This document shows, piece after piece, positions 1 to 9,956 of a stretch of 64,000 nucleotides of DNA. Numbering within the stretch: position 1 is the first letter of the stretch; every line of letters begins with the position of its first letter. Under the pieces are notes generated by a model. That model saw only the letters and a list, made by a program, of their open reading frames with translations, was not told where the DNA came from and did not search any database. Position numbers and translations under genes: made by a program. Where the stretch lies: assembly GCA_031362565.1 (NCBI GenBank), contig JANLSU010000106.1, positions 32,001-96,000 of the forward strand, read 5' to 3'. This DNA comes from a bacterium. Lineage in GTDB: Bacteria; Krumholzibacteriota; Krumholzibacteriia; G020349025.

Positions 1-984
1 GAGGACGGCGTGTCGCATGGCGGCGCAACCGAGATCCGTCTCGATCCCGTCGGCGACGAATCGCTCTTGGTGGTGGGCACGACGCCGTACCGGGGCGGGT
101 TTCGATTGCGTTCCGATGCCGGCAAAGTGACCGTGATCGATGTCTTGGACATCGAAACCTATCTGCGTGGCGTCGTCGGCTGGGAGATTGGCTGGCTGTC
201 GAGCGATTTGCGCTCGGCGGTCGAAGCGCAAGCGATCGCGGCCCGCACCTACACCTGTACGCGGTTGGGACAGTTCGAAGTGCAAGGGTTCGATGTGTAT
301 GCCGACGAACGGGACCAGGTGTATAAAGGCGCGCTGCGCGACGACGCCGTCGTCGACCGCGCTATTGCGGCGACCAGGGGCCTCGTCTTGCGTTACGACG
401 GCCAGTTGATCCAGGCCTATTACAGTTCCACCTGCGGCGGCTACACCTCGTGGATCGAACACGTCTGGCCCAAACCGGCCGCCGACTACTTGCGCGGCCA
501 GCGGGACGCGGCGGCCGACGGCCGGTCGTATTGCGCCGATTCGCCGCACTTTCGCTGGACCGAGACTTGGACCGGTGCGGCGCTCGAGCAGACGTTGCGC
601 GAAACGCTGCCACGCGTCCTGCAGTTGCCGCCGGAAACACGCGTCGGACCGTTGGTCGATCTGCGGGTGGTCGAGCGCGACGCCTCGGGCCGGGTCCTCG
701 ACCTGGATGTCGAAACCGCCGACCGGACGTATCGGGTCCACGGTGACGCGATTCGCTGGGCGCTTCGCCCGCCGCGCCGGCCGCTCTTGCGCAGTCTCAT
801 GTTCGAACTCGGTGTGGAGCGCGCCGGTGGTGCTCTGACGCGCATCGAAGTGCGCGGCGGCGGCAACGGCCATGGGGTCGGCATGTGCCAGTCGGGCGCG
901 CTCGGCATGGCGCGCCGCGGTCTCGACTGCGAAACCATCTTGGAGCACTACTATCCCGGCGCGCGCTCGGCGCGGGCCTACTGA
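1..984 (+). CDS. SpoIID/LytB domain protein (lytic transglycosylase-like), probably 5'-truncated by window edge
   Basis: Motifs YLRGVVGWEI, AQAIAARTY, DQVYKG, YYSSTCGG, GHGVGMCQSGA...ILEHYYPG. Confidence 0.9.
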   Translation, partial: EDGVSHGGATEIRLDPVGDESLLVVGTTPYRGGFRLRSDAGKVTVIDVLDIETYLRGVVGWEIGWLSSDLRSAVEAQAIAARTYTCTRLGQFEVQGFDVYADERDQVYKGALRDDAVVDRAIAATRGLVLRYDGQLIQAYYSSTCGGYTSWIEHVWPKPAADYLRGQRDAAADGRSYCADSPHFRWTETWTGAALEQTLRETLPRVLQLPPETRVGPLVDLRVVERDASGRVLDLDVETADRTYRVHGDAIRWALRPPRRPLLRSLMFELGVERAGGALTRIEVRGGGNGHGVGMCQSGALGMARRGLDCETILEHYYPGARSARAY

Positions 985-995
985 AGGAGAGAGCG

Positions 996-1484
996 GTGCA
1001 AATCGTCCTCATGCGTCACGGTTTGGCGGCGCACCACGGGGCGTGGTCCGATACCGAGCGGCCGCTCACTCCGGAGGGTGAGGCGGGAATCGTGCGCCTG
1101 GGCCGGGCGTGGCCGCACGGCACGCCGGTGCTGCGCATCGTCACGAGTCCGGCGCGCCGATGTCACGACACGGCACATTTGCTCGCCGCGGCGCTCGGTC
1201 AGCCGCCCGTCGTGGTTGAAAAATCGCTCCTCATGGAGACGCCAACGGCGAAGATCCTCGCGGGCTTGCGAAAGCATGCGACGGGTTCGTTCGTGGTGGT
1301 GGGGCACGCGCCGGATTTGGGCGAGATGGCGTCGGCACTGCTCGGCGCGGATGTCGCGCTGCGGTTTGCATGTGGCGGTGCCGCGGCGTTCACGGTCGAG
1401 GCGTTTCCGCTCCGCCAGCCGGGGGTCTTGGATTGGCTCCTCACGCCGGAAACCGTGGCGCCGCTGGATCGCGCCTCGGGATGA
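996..1484 (+). CDS. sixA: Phosphohistidine phosphatase SixA
   Basis: GTG at 996 after AAGGAG; MRHG, D..RPLTPEG, TSPARRC..TA, VVGH.PDL. Confidence 0.85.
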   Translation: MQIVLMRHGLAAHHGAWSDTERPLTPEGEAGIVRLGRAWPHGTPVLRIVTSPARRCHDTAHLLAAALGQPPVVVEKSLLMETPTAKILAGLRKHATGSFVVVGHAPDLGEMASALLGADVALRFACGGAAAFTVEAFPLRQPGVLDWLLTPETVAPLDRASG

Positions 1485-1497
1485 AGCGCGGCGGCAC

Positions 1498-2508
1498 TCA
1501 GGGGCGCGCCAGAGCGCGAACCCAGCTCACGACTGCCGGCAACGGATCGCGCCACGACAGCGGCACCGGCACATCGACGAGCGGCGCGTTCGCGTCGGCG
1601 CTGTCGGTGTCGATGCACGGCAGCCGCCGCACGAGCTCGAGCCGGGCGCGCATCGGCGCGACTTGAATGCCGAGCGCGGCGGCGTAGGTGAGGGCGCCAA
1701 AATCCACCCCGTCGGCGGCGGCGAGGCACACTCCAGGTCCGGGCAGTGCAGTCGATGCATGCAGGGCCAGCCGCCCGAAGCGATCGGGCGCCCACAGCAA
1801 ACGCGCGTAGCCGACGGCGCCGCGCGTCGCCATCCAGGTGGCGCTGCGTTGAACGACATCGGCGCCCTCGACGCTCGACACGAGAACATCCGGTGCCGGT
1901 GCCGGGGCCCAAGCCAGGACGCAAGAACCCGTGATCGTGCCGCTCCGGTCGCGTACCATCTGCACCTCGAGCGCCGCTTCGCCGCGTCCGAGGGTGCGCC
2001 GCAACGCGGCATCGGGCAGCGTCGTGGAGCCGCTGGCCCGATCCAGTCCGACGAAATCGAAATGCGGCGCGAGATCGCGCTCGGCGTCCGCGAGGAAGTC
2101 CATCCCGGCCGGCGAACAGCCGAGAACAAACGGCCGTGGCTCGAGCTTCGCAGCCAGTTCGAGGAGGGTCGCCCGCCAGCGTTCGGGGCGCGCCGCAAGC
2201 GGCGGCAGTACGTGCCGGCGCACACCGGCCACAAAGAGCGCCGGTTCGAGCCGGCGGGCCGAAAGCGTGATGACGTGCACCTGCCGCGCCCGCAAGCTGC
2301 GGGTGAGCGCGATGGACGGGCCGTGCGGGTCGACGAGCACGACGGGATGCTGCGCCCACGGTGCCGCGGCTGGCGCTGCGGCGTCGCCGGACGACGTGTC
2401 GAACGGCGCCGTGACCGGCATCGAAATCGGCGCCAACAGCGCGGGGTCGAATGCCGGCGGTGCATTGAACGCCGCAGAGTGCCGGGTCCGAACATCCAAC
2501 TCGGGCAC
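1498..2508 (-). CDS. Hypothetical protein, degenerate ATP-grasp/carboxylate-amine ligase-like
   Basis: N-terminal 'ALTRSLRARQVHV' and C-terminal 'GVDFGALTYAAALG...WRDPLP' resemble ATP-grasp ligase termini; central core looks shortened. Confidence 0.45.
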   Translation of the reverse strand: MPELDVRTRHSAAFNAPPAFDPALLAPISMPVTAPFDTSSGDAAAPAAAPWAQHPVVLVDPHGPSIALTRSLRARQVHVITLSARRLEPALFVAGVRRHVLPPLAARPERWRATLLELAAKLEPRPFVLGCSPAGMDFLADAERDLAPHFDFVGLDRASGSTTLPDAALRRTLGRGEAALEVQMVRDRSGTITGSCVLAWAPAPAPDVLVSSVEGADVVQRSATWMATRGAVGYARLLWAPDRFGRLALHASTALPGPGVCLAAADGVDFGALTYAAALGIQVAPMRARLELVRRLPCIDTDSADANAPLVDVPVPLSWRDPLPAVVSWVRALARP

Positions 2509-2592
2509 GCAGGTCTCCAGACGTGGTGCGGTGCGATGCTGGGTCCGGCAGCAGGGAGCATGCCGTCGACGGCGTGACGACGGGAGTGCGAT

Positions 2593-3402
2593 GTGGTGCG
2601 GTTCGAATCGGTTTTAGTGACCGGCGCGTCGTCGGGAATCGGTGCGGCGTTCGCGCGCCGCCTCGCAACGTGCGGCACGCGTCGCATGACGCTCGTTGGA
2701 CGTGATACGGAACGCTTGCAAGCGCTGGCGGTGGAATTGCGCCAAGCGGGCGTCCAGTCGACCGTGTGGAGTTGTGATTTGACGCTCCCGGAGGACGTTG
2801 CCGCACTCGCGGCGCATGTCGCATCGGAGCCGCCGGATTTGCTCGTCAACAACGCCGGCGCGGGCCACTACGGAGCTTTCGTGGATCTCGACGCGGCAGC
2901 ACAATTGTCGACGATCGACCTCAACGTGCGGGCTTTGGTGGCGCTGTCGCACGCCTATGCGCGTGCGGCGAGCCGGCGCCAACGCGGTGCACTCCTGCTC
3001 GTGGCATCGACGGCGGGGTTTTTCCCGGTTGCGTATGAGTCCGTGTATGCGGCGACGAAGAGCTTCGTGATTCTCTTTGGCGAGGCTCTGGCCGAGGAAC
3101 TCCGCCACAGCGGTGTCCTGGTGCGGACGCTCTGCCCAGGTTTTACTGCGACTGAATTCGCACGGCGCGCCGCCTTGCCCCAGAGTGTGGTCGTCGGGCC
3201 GATCGCCGCCGCGGCGACGGTTGCGGCGGCCGGAATTGCCGCTTTCGGTGGCCGTGAGGTGACGGTCGTGCGCGGCCGGCGCATGCAGATCGCGGCGGCT
3301 CTCGGCCGGCGTCTGCCGTACGGGATGCTGCGCCGCATGGCGGGATGGTGGATGCGGCGCGGCCTTCAGGCGACCGGATTGACAGCCCGCCGCCGAACCT
3401 GA
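2593..3402 (+). CDS. Short-chain dehydrogenase/reductase
   Basis: TGASSGIG, NNAG, S...YAATK. Confidence 0.92.
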   Translation: MVRFESVLVTGASSGIGAAFARRLATCGTRRMTLVGRDTERLQALAVELRQAGVQSTVWSCDLTLPEDVAALAAHVASEPPDLLVNNAGAGHYGAFVDLDAAAQLSTIDLNVRALVALSHAYARAASRRQRGALLLVASTAGFFPVAYESVYAATKSFVILFGEALAEELRHSGVLVRTLCPGFTATEFARRAALPQSVVVGPIAAAATVAAAGIAAFGGREVTVVRGRRMQIAAALGRRLPYGMLRRMAGWWMRRGLQATGLTARRRT

Positions 3403-3408
3403 TACGTT
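3379..3408 (+). promoter_or_regulatory. sigma70-type promoter for tRNA-Asp
   Basis: TTGACA (3379-3384), 18 nt spacer, TG-n-TACGTT (3403-3408), 26 nt before the tRNA. Confidence 0.6.
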
Positions 3409-3434
3409 GCCCCGGTTTGCGTCGTGGCTCATGT

Positions 3435-3511
<77 letters not shown>

Positions 3512-3554
3512 CCACGCGATTCTTCCGCCCCGCTCGCCTGTGATCGTCGGTGAA

Positions 3555-5198
3555 TCAGCCCTTGCGGCGCAAAAGCAGCAGCGTTCGATCGTCAGGCGCA
3601 TGCGCGCCCGCCAGGAACTGATCGACGCGCGCGAAGAGCTGGGCGCCCATCTCGGAGAGCGGCCCGTTCGATTCGAACAAATCCATCCACACTTCCGACT
3701 CGCCGAACAGACGCGGATTCTCGTTGTCGTCCGTCGACAGTACGTGGGCTTCGGGAATTCCGTCGCTCCACGCCGCGAGCAACGCGCCGGGCGGCAGTTC
3801 GGCGTGGCCTGATTCGAAGGTGGAGTTCGGCAAGAGGCCCACGGGCGGGCCGGTGGCAGCCAACAGAATCGGGGCGGCGCCGGGGCAGAGGATCGCGGGG
3901 AACTCCGCGTGTCCCGCATTGACGTATTCGAATTTGTGCGTGTTTGAGTCGAAGATCGCCAGAAAGAGTGTCAGGTACCCCGTCGTCTCGGAGATCTGTG
4001 CATGCACTTTCTCGACGATGCGTACCGGGTCTTGGAGTTCACCGGCCAGAGCGCGAATCGCCGCGAGCGCGTTGGCCATGAGGAGCGCCGCTCCGACACC
4101 ATGCCCGACGACGTCGCCCAAGACGAGTGCGTAGCGGCCGTCGCCCAAATCGCGCACGTCATAGAGATCGCCACCGACTTCGGTGCTGGGTTCGAGGCGG
4201 GCATGCAGTTCGTAGCCTGCCGGGCACGGTAAGTCCTGCAGCAGGAGCGTGCGCTGGATGCGCGTCGCGGTGGCGATCTCGAGCTGCATGCGCTCTTGGT
4301 CACGCTTGGATTCCAGCAATCGCGCGTTGGTGATCTTGACCGCGAGGATGTTGGCAAGCCAAGCGAGCTGGCGCAGGTGCTCTTCCGTGTACGGCGACAC
4401 GAGCTCGCGAGTGTCCGCATACAAAACGCCGATGACGCTCGTGTTGTCGAAGAGCGGCACGACGAGCGCCGAACGGATCTGCTCCAGGATGACGCTTTGC
4501 GCCACATTGAAACGTGGATCGGCGAGTGCGTCCTGCACGAGCAACGAAGTGCGCTCTTGGATGACGTTGTCGACGATCGTCCGGGAGAGTGCCAGTGCCG
4601 CCGTGCCGCCGGCGCCGGCTGCACCGCGCGAATGCGCTGCCTTGAGAACCGGCGCCCCTTGGTTGTCGAGGAGCAAAAGGCACGCCCGCTGACAAGGCAC
4701 CAGCTTTTCGACCGCATCGAGGCAGGCATCGAAGATCTCCTGGTCCGACTGGTGCCGCACCAAGAATTCGCCCAGATTGCTGATGATGTCGAACAGCGTC
4801 CCGAGGGCGCGGGTATCGCTCGCCGGCACCGCGCGCACCTCGGTCCACGCCAGCTTGACGGTCGAGTCGAGCTTGCCGTGTTCGGTCAATGCCGGCTGCA
4901 CGGTTGCGGCGTCGGCTTCGAGCGTCAAGACGACATTGCCGAGGGCGATCCGGTCTCCGGCATGCAACTCGCGCTCACCCACGAGTCGCTCGCCGTTCAC
5001 CGTCGTGCCGTTGCGGCTGCCGAGGTCGTGGATTTTCAGTGCGTCGCCGGCGCGTTCAATGACCGCGTGTTCGCGCGACACCGAGGGGTGTTGCAGCGAG
5101 ACCGGCAAGTCGCTGCGGCGCCCGATCCTGATTTCGCCTTGGGAGACCGGCCAGCGTCGCAGTGCTTCGCCCACCATGCCGACCAATTCAATTTTCAT
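3555..5198 (-). CDS. FHA + GAF + SpoIIE/PP2C phosphatase
   Basis: FHA: IGR...VSREHA...DLGSRNGT; GAF: SALVVPL...GVLYAD; PP2C: GGDLYD, LGDVVGHG, WSDGIPE, DDRT. Confidence 0.92.
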   Translation of the reverse strand: MKIELVGMVGEALRRWPVSQGEIRIGRRSDLPVSLQHPSVSREHAVIERAGDALKIHDLGSRNGTTVNGERLVGERELHAGDRIALGNVVLTLEADAATVQPALTEHGKLDSTVKLAWTEVRAVPASDTRALGTLFDIISNLGEFLVRHQSDQEIFDACLDAVEKLVPCQRACLLLLDNQGAPVLKAAHSRGAAGAGGTAALALSRTIVDNVIQERTSLLVQDALADPRFNVAQSVILEQIRSALVVPLFDNTSVIGVLYADTRELVSPYTEEHLRQLAWLANILAVKITNARLLESKRDQERMQLEIATATRIQRTLLLQDLPCPAGYELHARLEPSTEVGGDLYDVRDLGDGRYALVLGDVVGHGVGAALLMANALAAIRALAGELQDPVRIVEKVHAQISETTGYLTLFLAIFDSNTHKFEYVNAGHAEFPAILCPGAAPILLAATGPPVGLLPNSTFESGHAELPPGALLAAWSDGIPEAHVLSTDDNENPRLFGESEVWMDLFESNGPLSEMGAQLFARVDQFLAGAHAPDDRTLLLLRRKG

Positions 5199-5231
5199 AC
5201 GGTTCAAGGTATCGAGATGACCCGTGGACCG

Positions 5232-5972
5232 TCAAGCGGGCGTGGGGCGCGCCGCGCGGTCGACGAGCCACGTCACGCGTCCATCGCGCAATACGACTTG
5301 CTGCGCGGGGAGTGGCTCGTTGCCAACGGGCGGGGCAAGGACGCGCGCCAAAATGGCGGCTTTGGCGGCACCCGTCACCAGGAACAGTGCGGCACCGGCC
5401 GCGTCGAGCGCCGCGAACGTCAACGTGAGGCGCGGTGCGATGCGTGGCGCGGGTGTCGCGACGACGTAACGGGCGCGTTCGGCGACTGCCGGCTGGCCGG
5501 GGAAGAGCGACAGCGTGTGTCCGTCCTCACCCAAGCCGAGCAGCACGAGATCGAGGCGCGGCGGTGTGCCGAGCAATTGCCGGAGCTCGTTCTCGTACTC
5601 GAGTGCCGCCTCGTCGAGATCCGTCGAGTCGGCCGGCATGCGATGGACGCGGGCGCGTTGCGCCGGCGACGAAGCCAGGAACGCCGTGTGCGCCAAGTTG
5701 TAGTTGCTATCCGGGTGGTCGGCCGGCACGGCGCGCTCGTCCCCCCAGAAGAGATCGACGTTCTCCCATTGGATGTCCGTCCGGCGCCCGAGTTCGGCGT
5801 ACAGGGCGCGCGGCGTGTCGCCACCCGCGAGCGCCACCGCGAAGCGGCCGCGGGCCGCGATGGCGTTCTGCGCCGCGAGCGCAAACCGGTCGGCCGCCAG
5901 ACGCGCGACTGCCGCTCTGTCGCTCGCGACGACGATTTCCCGTCCTGCCACGCCGGCGCGCGCGCGGCTCAT
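5232..5972 (-). CDS. pgl: 6-phosphogluconolactonase
   Basis: LAGGDTP, WGDERAVP..HPDSNY, LLGLGEDGHTLSLFP; downstream of zwf-opcA. Confidence 0.95.
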   Translation of the reverse strand: MSRARAGVAGREIVVASDRAAVARLAADRFALAAQNAIAARGRFAVALAGGDTPRALYAELGRRTDIQWENVDLFWGDERAVPADHPDSNYNLAHTAFLASSPAQRARVHRMPADSTDLDEAALEYENELRQLLGTPPRLDLVLLGLGEDGHTLSLFPGQPAVAERARYVVATPAPRIAPRLTLTFAALDAAGAALFLVTGAAKAAILARVLAPPVGNEPLPAQQVVLRDGRVTWLVDRAARPTPA

Positions 5973-7087
5973 GGGACGTCCGCCAGGCGCGCCGCCATGT
6001 GGAGGGCATCTTCGAAGGCGGCATTGCGGCGCGGCCGCGCCAGAACGCGCGCCAGTTCGGCGCTCGAGTCGAGTGGTTTGACCACGAGACGTTGTGGCAA
6101 CGGACAGGCATCCGGCCGTTCGACCCGGCCGATGAGCAGCGCTGGTTCGCGCTCGTCCACTTCGACGCTGAACAGAGTGTCGTCGGCGGCGCGTAGAACG
6201 ACGCGCGTCAGGAGTGATGCGCCGGGGTCGAGCGCTCGGGCGGGGCGCGATGTGAGCGTCAGCCGCGTTTCGCCTTGCGGGCGTAGGAATCCCATCCTGC
6301 CACCGACCGGCGCTGCATTCCAGCCCAAGCGCGATCCCAGCCAGCCGGCGAAGAGCAGCGCCAGAGATCGACCGGCGGGCGTGTGCTCGACTTCGATCGC
6401 GTGCACCGAGGCCAGGAGTGCGTCGAAGGGCGGCGCATCGAATGGTGCCGCCGCGAGTTCACGCCATGCGTCGAGGCGCGACCACGCGACGTCGGCCACT
6501 GCGGGGCCGGACTCGGAGCGCGCCCAGCGTGACAGGGCGCCGAGTCCGGGTCCGGCGTCGGCGAATTGCGTCGAATCAATGACGAGCAGATCGACATGCC
6601 GCGCCAAACGCGTCAGCAGTGGGCCTTCGAGTGCAGCTTCGCCCGGCCACCACAGGGCGGTCGGCAGGTCGGGCACGAGGAGCGCCAGGAGCGTCGACGG
6701 CAGCCCGGCGGCCGCGGCCGGCGTGACGCGGATCGTAATCTGCTCGCAACACAGCTGCTTGCCGCCCGGCCCGAGCGCCTGACAGTGCGAGGAAATCCAG
6801 GCTTCGAGCGCCGCATGCTGTGGCACCGGGCCGGCATCGAGCAACACGAACGCGCGGCAGGGAATGACCTCCGAAACCCGCGCCACGACTTGCACTGCCG
6901 CGGCTTCGCCTTCGAGATCCGAAACGCGCACGATGAAGTTGAGCATCGAGGCGCGCAGGATGGCGCTCTCGCCGTCGCCTTCGCTCGCCGAGCGCCAGAC
7001 GTGCTGCAGCTCGCGTTCGATCTCGGCGACGTCGACGGCGCGTGGGCGCCCGGAAGTGAAGGTTTCGAGAGCTTCGCGCTCGTTCAT
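5969..7087 (-). CDS. opcA: Glucose-6-phosphate dehydrogenase assembly protein OpcA
   Basis: RASMLN, PCR, LCCEQI, LLVPDLPTALWW, LIVDS-like motif, ADVAWSRL..WR; between zwf and pgl. Confidence 0.9.
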   Translation of the reverse strand: MNEREALETFTSGRPRAVDVAEIERELQHVWRSASEGDGESAILRASMLNFIVRVSDLEGEAAAVQVVARVSEVIPCRAFVLLDAGPVPQHAALEAWISSHCQALGPGGKQLCCEQITIRVTPAAAAGLPSTLLALLVPDLPTALWWPGEAALEGPLLTRLARHVDLLVIDSTQFADAGPGLGALSRWARSESGPAVADVAWSRLDAWRELAAAPFDAPPFDALLASVHAIEVEHTPAGRSLALLFAGWLGSRLGWNAAPVGGRMGFLRPQGETRLTLTSRPARALDPGASLLTRVVLRAADDTLFSVEVDEREPALLIGRVERPDACPLPQRLVVKPLDSSAELARVLARPRRNAAFEDALHMAARLADVP

Positions 7088-7097
7088 GCCTGTTGCC

Positions 7098-8627
7098 TCA
7101 TGACCGGCGCCACGAACGGCCGCTGCGCTGCACCAGCGCGTCGGCTTTCCCCGGACCCCAAGTGCCGGCCTCGTAGGTGGGGATTTCCGTCGCGCCTTGC
7201 TCGAGCCAACGCTCCTCGATCGGATCGACGATCTCCCAGGATCGCACGAGCATGTCGCGCCGAATATAGAGCGACGGATCGCCGAGGATCGCATCCAGCA
7301 GCAAGCGCTCGTAGGCTTCGGGCGGCTCCTGGCCGAAAGACGTGCCGTAACGAAAGTCCATGTTGACCTCGCGCGGCTCGACATCGGGCCCGGGCGTTTT
7401 GGAGACGAAGCGCAATGAAATGCCCTCGTCGGGCTGGATGCGCAGGATGAGGGCGTTGGGTTGCGGCGGCGCTTCGGCGGCGAACAGCAAGTGGGGCACG
7501 GGCTTGAAGTGAATCGCGATCTCCGTGACGCGGCGCGGCAAGCGCTTCCCGGCGCGCAAGTAGAACGGCACTCCGGCCCAACGCCAGTTCTCGACCCGCA
7601 AGTCGAGCGCCACGAACGTTTCGGTGGTCGAATCAGGACTCACTCCCGGCTCGCGACGGTAGCCCGGCACCTCGACACCGCGCGACCATCCGGCGGCGTA
7701 CTGTGCGCGCACGACGCGGGCATCGATTTCGTCCCGGCTCATGGGCCGGATGGCGCGTAGTACCTTGGTCTTCTCGTCGCGGACCGCGTCTGCATCCCAG
7801 GTCACCGGTGCTTCCATGGCGGTGAGTGCCAGAAGCTGCAGGGCGTGGTTCTGCACAATGTCGCGCATGATCCCGGAGGTCTCGAAGTAACCGGCGCGGC
7901 CCTCGATCCCGATATCTTCGCTGACCGTAATTTGCACGTGGTCGACGTATTTTTGATTCCAGAGCGGTTCAAAAATGCCGTTCGCAAATCGCAGCACCAA
8001 GATATTCTGGACGGTTTCCTTGCCCAGGTAATGATCGATGCGAAAGATTTCATTCTCGCGAAAGTGCCGCGCGAGTGTCGAGTCCAACTCGAGCGCGGTC
8101 GCCAGATCGCGCCCAAAGGGCTTCTCGAGCACGATGCGCCGGAAGCCGGGGACACCCTCTTGGTGCGCGAGCCCGCCACGTCCCAGATTGTCGGCGATGA
8201 CCGGAAAGCTCGTCGGCGGGGTCGCCAGGTAGTAGACCCGGTTGCCGCGCAAGCCGAACTGCGCATCGAGGGCCGCGAGGTGCTCGGCCAACCCGGCGTA
8301 CGCGCTCCGGTCGTCGAAGTCGAGAGAGTGGTAGCTGATGCGTGGTGCGAGCGTTGCCCAGGTGCCGGGATCGATCGGCCGGAGGCGCGAATGCTGTTGC
8401 ACGCCTTGGTGCAGTTGTTCCCGAAACGCGTCGTCGGACATCGGCCGCCGGGCGACGCCGACGATGCTAAGTCCCGCCGGCACCTGGCCGGTGCGCACCA
8501 ACCCGTAGAGCGCCGGCACGAGCTTGCGTTTGGTCAGATCGCCGCTGGCGCCGAAGATGACGACCGCCGCGGGTTCCGGCGTGCGCTCCAAGTGCGACCC
8601 GGCGCGGAGGGGATTCGCGAGATTCAA
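7098..8627 (-). CDS. zwf: Glucose-6-phosphate 1-dehydrogenase
   Basis: GASGDL, EKPFG, RIDHYLGKE, RWAGVPFYLRAGK; probable TTG start at 8627 after GGGAGA. Confidence 0.97.
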   Translation of the reverse strand: MNLANPLRAGSHLERTPEPAAVVIFGASGDLTKRKLVPALYGLVRTGQVPAGLSIVGVARRPMSDDAFREQLHQGVQQHSRLRPIDPGTWATLAPRISYHSLDFDDRSAYAGLAEHLAALDAQFGLRGNRVYYLATPPTSFPVIADNLGRGGLAHQEGVPGFRRIVLEKPFGRDLATALELDSTLARHFRENEIFRIDHYLGKETVQNILVLRFANGIFEPLWNQKYVDHVQITVSEDIGIEGRAGYFETSGIMRDIVQNHALQLLALTAMEAPVTWDADAVRDEKTKVLRAIRPMSRDEIDARVVRAQYAAGWSRGVEVPGYRREPGVSPDSTTETFVALDLRVENWRWAGVPFYLRAGKRLPRRVTEIAIHFKPVPHLLFAAEAPPQPNALILRIQPDEGISLRFVSKTPGPDVEPREVNMDFRYGTSFGQEPPEAYERLLLDAILGDPSLYIRRDMLVRSWEIVDPIEERWLEQGATEIPTYEAGTWGPGKADALVQRSGRSWRRS

Positions 8628-8994
8628 GTGCTCTCCCAAGGGTTCCACGGCGTCCAGCGAAGCATCAACACGAGGTCTCGAGATGGCGCGGCTTCGCTTC
8701 GCAGTGCAGTCCGGTGGTCGCGCTTGGCCGCCGCTAAAATTCAAGGCGGGCAGAGTTCGAAACCCCGCCCGCCTTTGTCTCCTGCAAGTCACGCTCCGGA
8801 GCGTTACGCCGAGCGCGGCAGGAGAGGGTTGTATGGGTCGCGCCTCTTTCAGAACGCGGGCCGAGTGTAATCGCGTCGGTCTGGAAGTCAAGGGTACCGG
8901 GCCCGGCCGAGCGACGCCCCGCTGCATTGACCGCGCCAGCCCCGGACCTACGCTCGGGAGCAGGGCACGCGCCTGCAGGCCCGAAGGAGATTCG

Positions 8995-9933
8995 ATGGCG
9001 ATGGCTGCAGCGCGTTCGGCCGCGCTTCCAGACGGTCCGCGGCTCGGCCTTGCCCTCGGTGGCGGCCTGCCCTTCGGGGCTGCCGCGATCGGCGTGCTCG
9101 ATGTCCTCGAACGCCATTCGCTGCCGCCGGCCTGCATCGCTGGAACCAGTATGGGCTCCATCGTTGGATTGCTGTACGCATTCGGTTACACGCCGGCCCA
9201 ACTCGAAGCGCATTTCGAGGCATTCTTCAAGACCAAGCGCCTCGTCTCGGTGCTGCTGCGTGATTTGCGGCCGTCGCGGTCGGGTTTCGTGCAGGGCAAG
9301 GAGGTCCTGCGCGCGATCTCGGCGCTCGTTCCCGAAGGCGTCTGCTTCGAGGACTTGCGGATGCCGTTCGCGGTCCCGGCCGCTTGCCTGCGGACCGGCC
9401 AAGAAATCGTCTTCCGTTCGGGCCCGGTCCTGCCCGCCGTTCGTGCCTCCATCAGCATGCCGGGCATTTTCACGCCGGTCGAATGGGGCGGCACGTATTT
9501 GGTCGATGGCGCGGTGATTTCGCCCGTGCCGGTTCACATTCTCCCCTTGTTGGGGGCTGACGTCGTCGTCCCGGTGCGTGCCGTGCGAGCCCACCCGCCC
9601 GGACCTCGCCAGCGTATTGCCGACGTGCGCGACATCGATGGCAGCGCACCGCATGTCGCGCCGCCGGGCCTTCTCCAACTGATATGGCGCTCGTTGTCGC
9701 TTCTGCTCCAAGATCAGTTCGCGGCGCTTGTCATGTCGCAATATCCGCTCCGGATCATGCCCGAGATCCCCGCCGACGACGCTTCCAATACACACAAAGT
9801 CGGTGCGATCATCGAACTGGGGCGTCGCGCCGCCGAGCTGCAAATCGATGCGATTCGCGCCGCCCTGCGAACGGTGCGCTCACCACGTGACGTCACACCG
9901 GGCGCCGCATCCTCCGAACGCCTCGTCACCTGA
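8995..9933 (+). CDS. Patatin-like phospholipase
   Basis: LALGGG, GTSMG nucleophile, RASISMPG, LVDGA; ATG after AAGGAG. Confidence 0.88.
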   Translation: MAMAAARSAALPDGPRLGLALGGGLPFGAAAIGVLDVLERHSLPPACIAGTSMGSIVGLLYAFGYTPAQLEAHFEAFFKTKRLVSVLLRDLRPSRSGFVQGKEVLRAISALVPEGVCFEDLRMPFAVPAACLRTGQEIVFRSGPVLPAVRASISMPGIFTPVEWGGTYLVDGAVISPVPVHILPLLGADVVVPVRAVRAHPPGPRQRIADVRDIDGSAPHVAPPGLLQLIWRSLSLLLQDQFAALVMSQYPLRIMPEIPADDASNTHKVGAIIELGRRAAELQIDAIRAALRTVRSPRDVTPGAASSERLVT

Positions 9934-9956
9934 CGCGGCGCGACAGTGCTGCCGAA

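Noticed and set aside
5232..8627. zwf-opcA-pgl (and fused FTCD, fused E1) as novel
   Set aside because: Well-known arrangements in many bacteria
8628..9161. N-terminal extensions of zwf and patatin in the ORF track (likewise ppdK, S9 peptidase, waaA, opcA)
   Set aside because: They overlap neighbours; downstream starts with an RBS match the family N-termini
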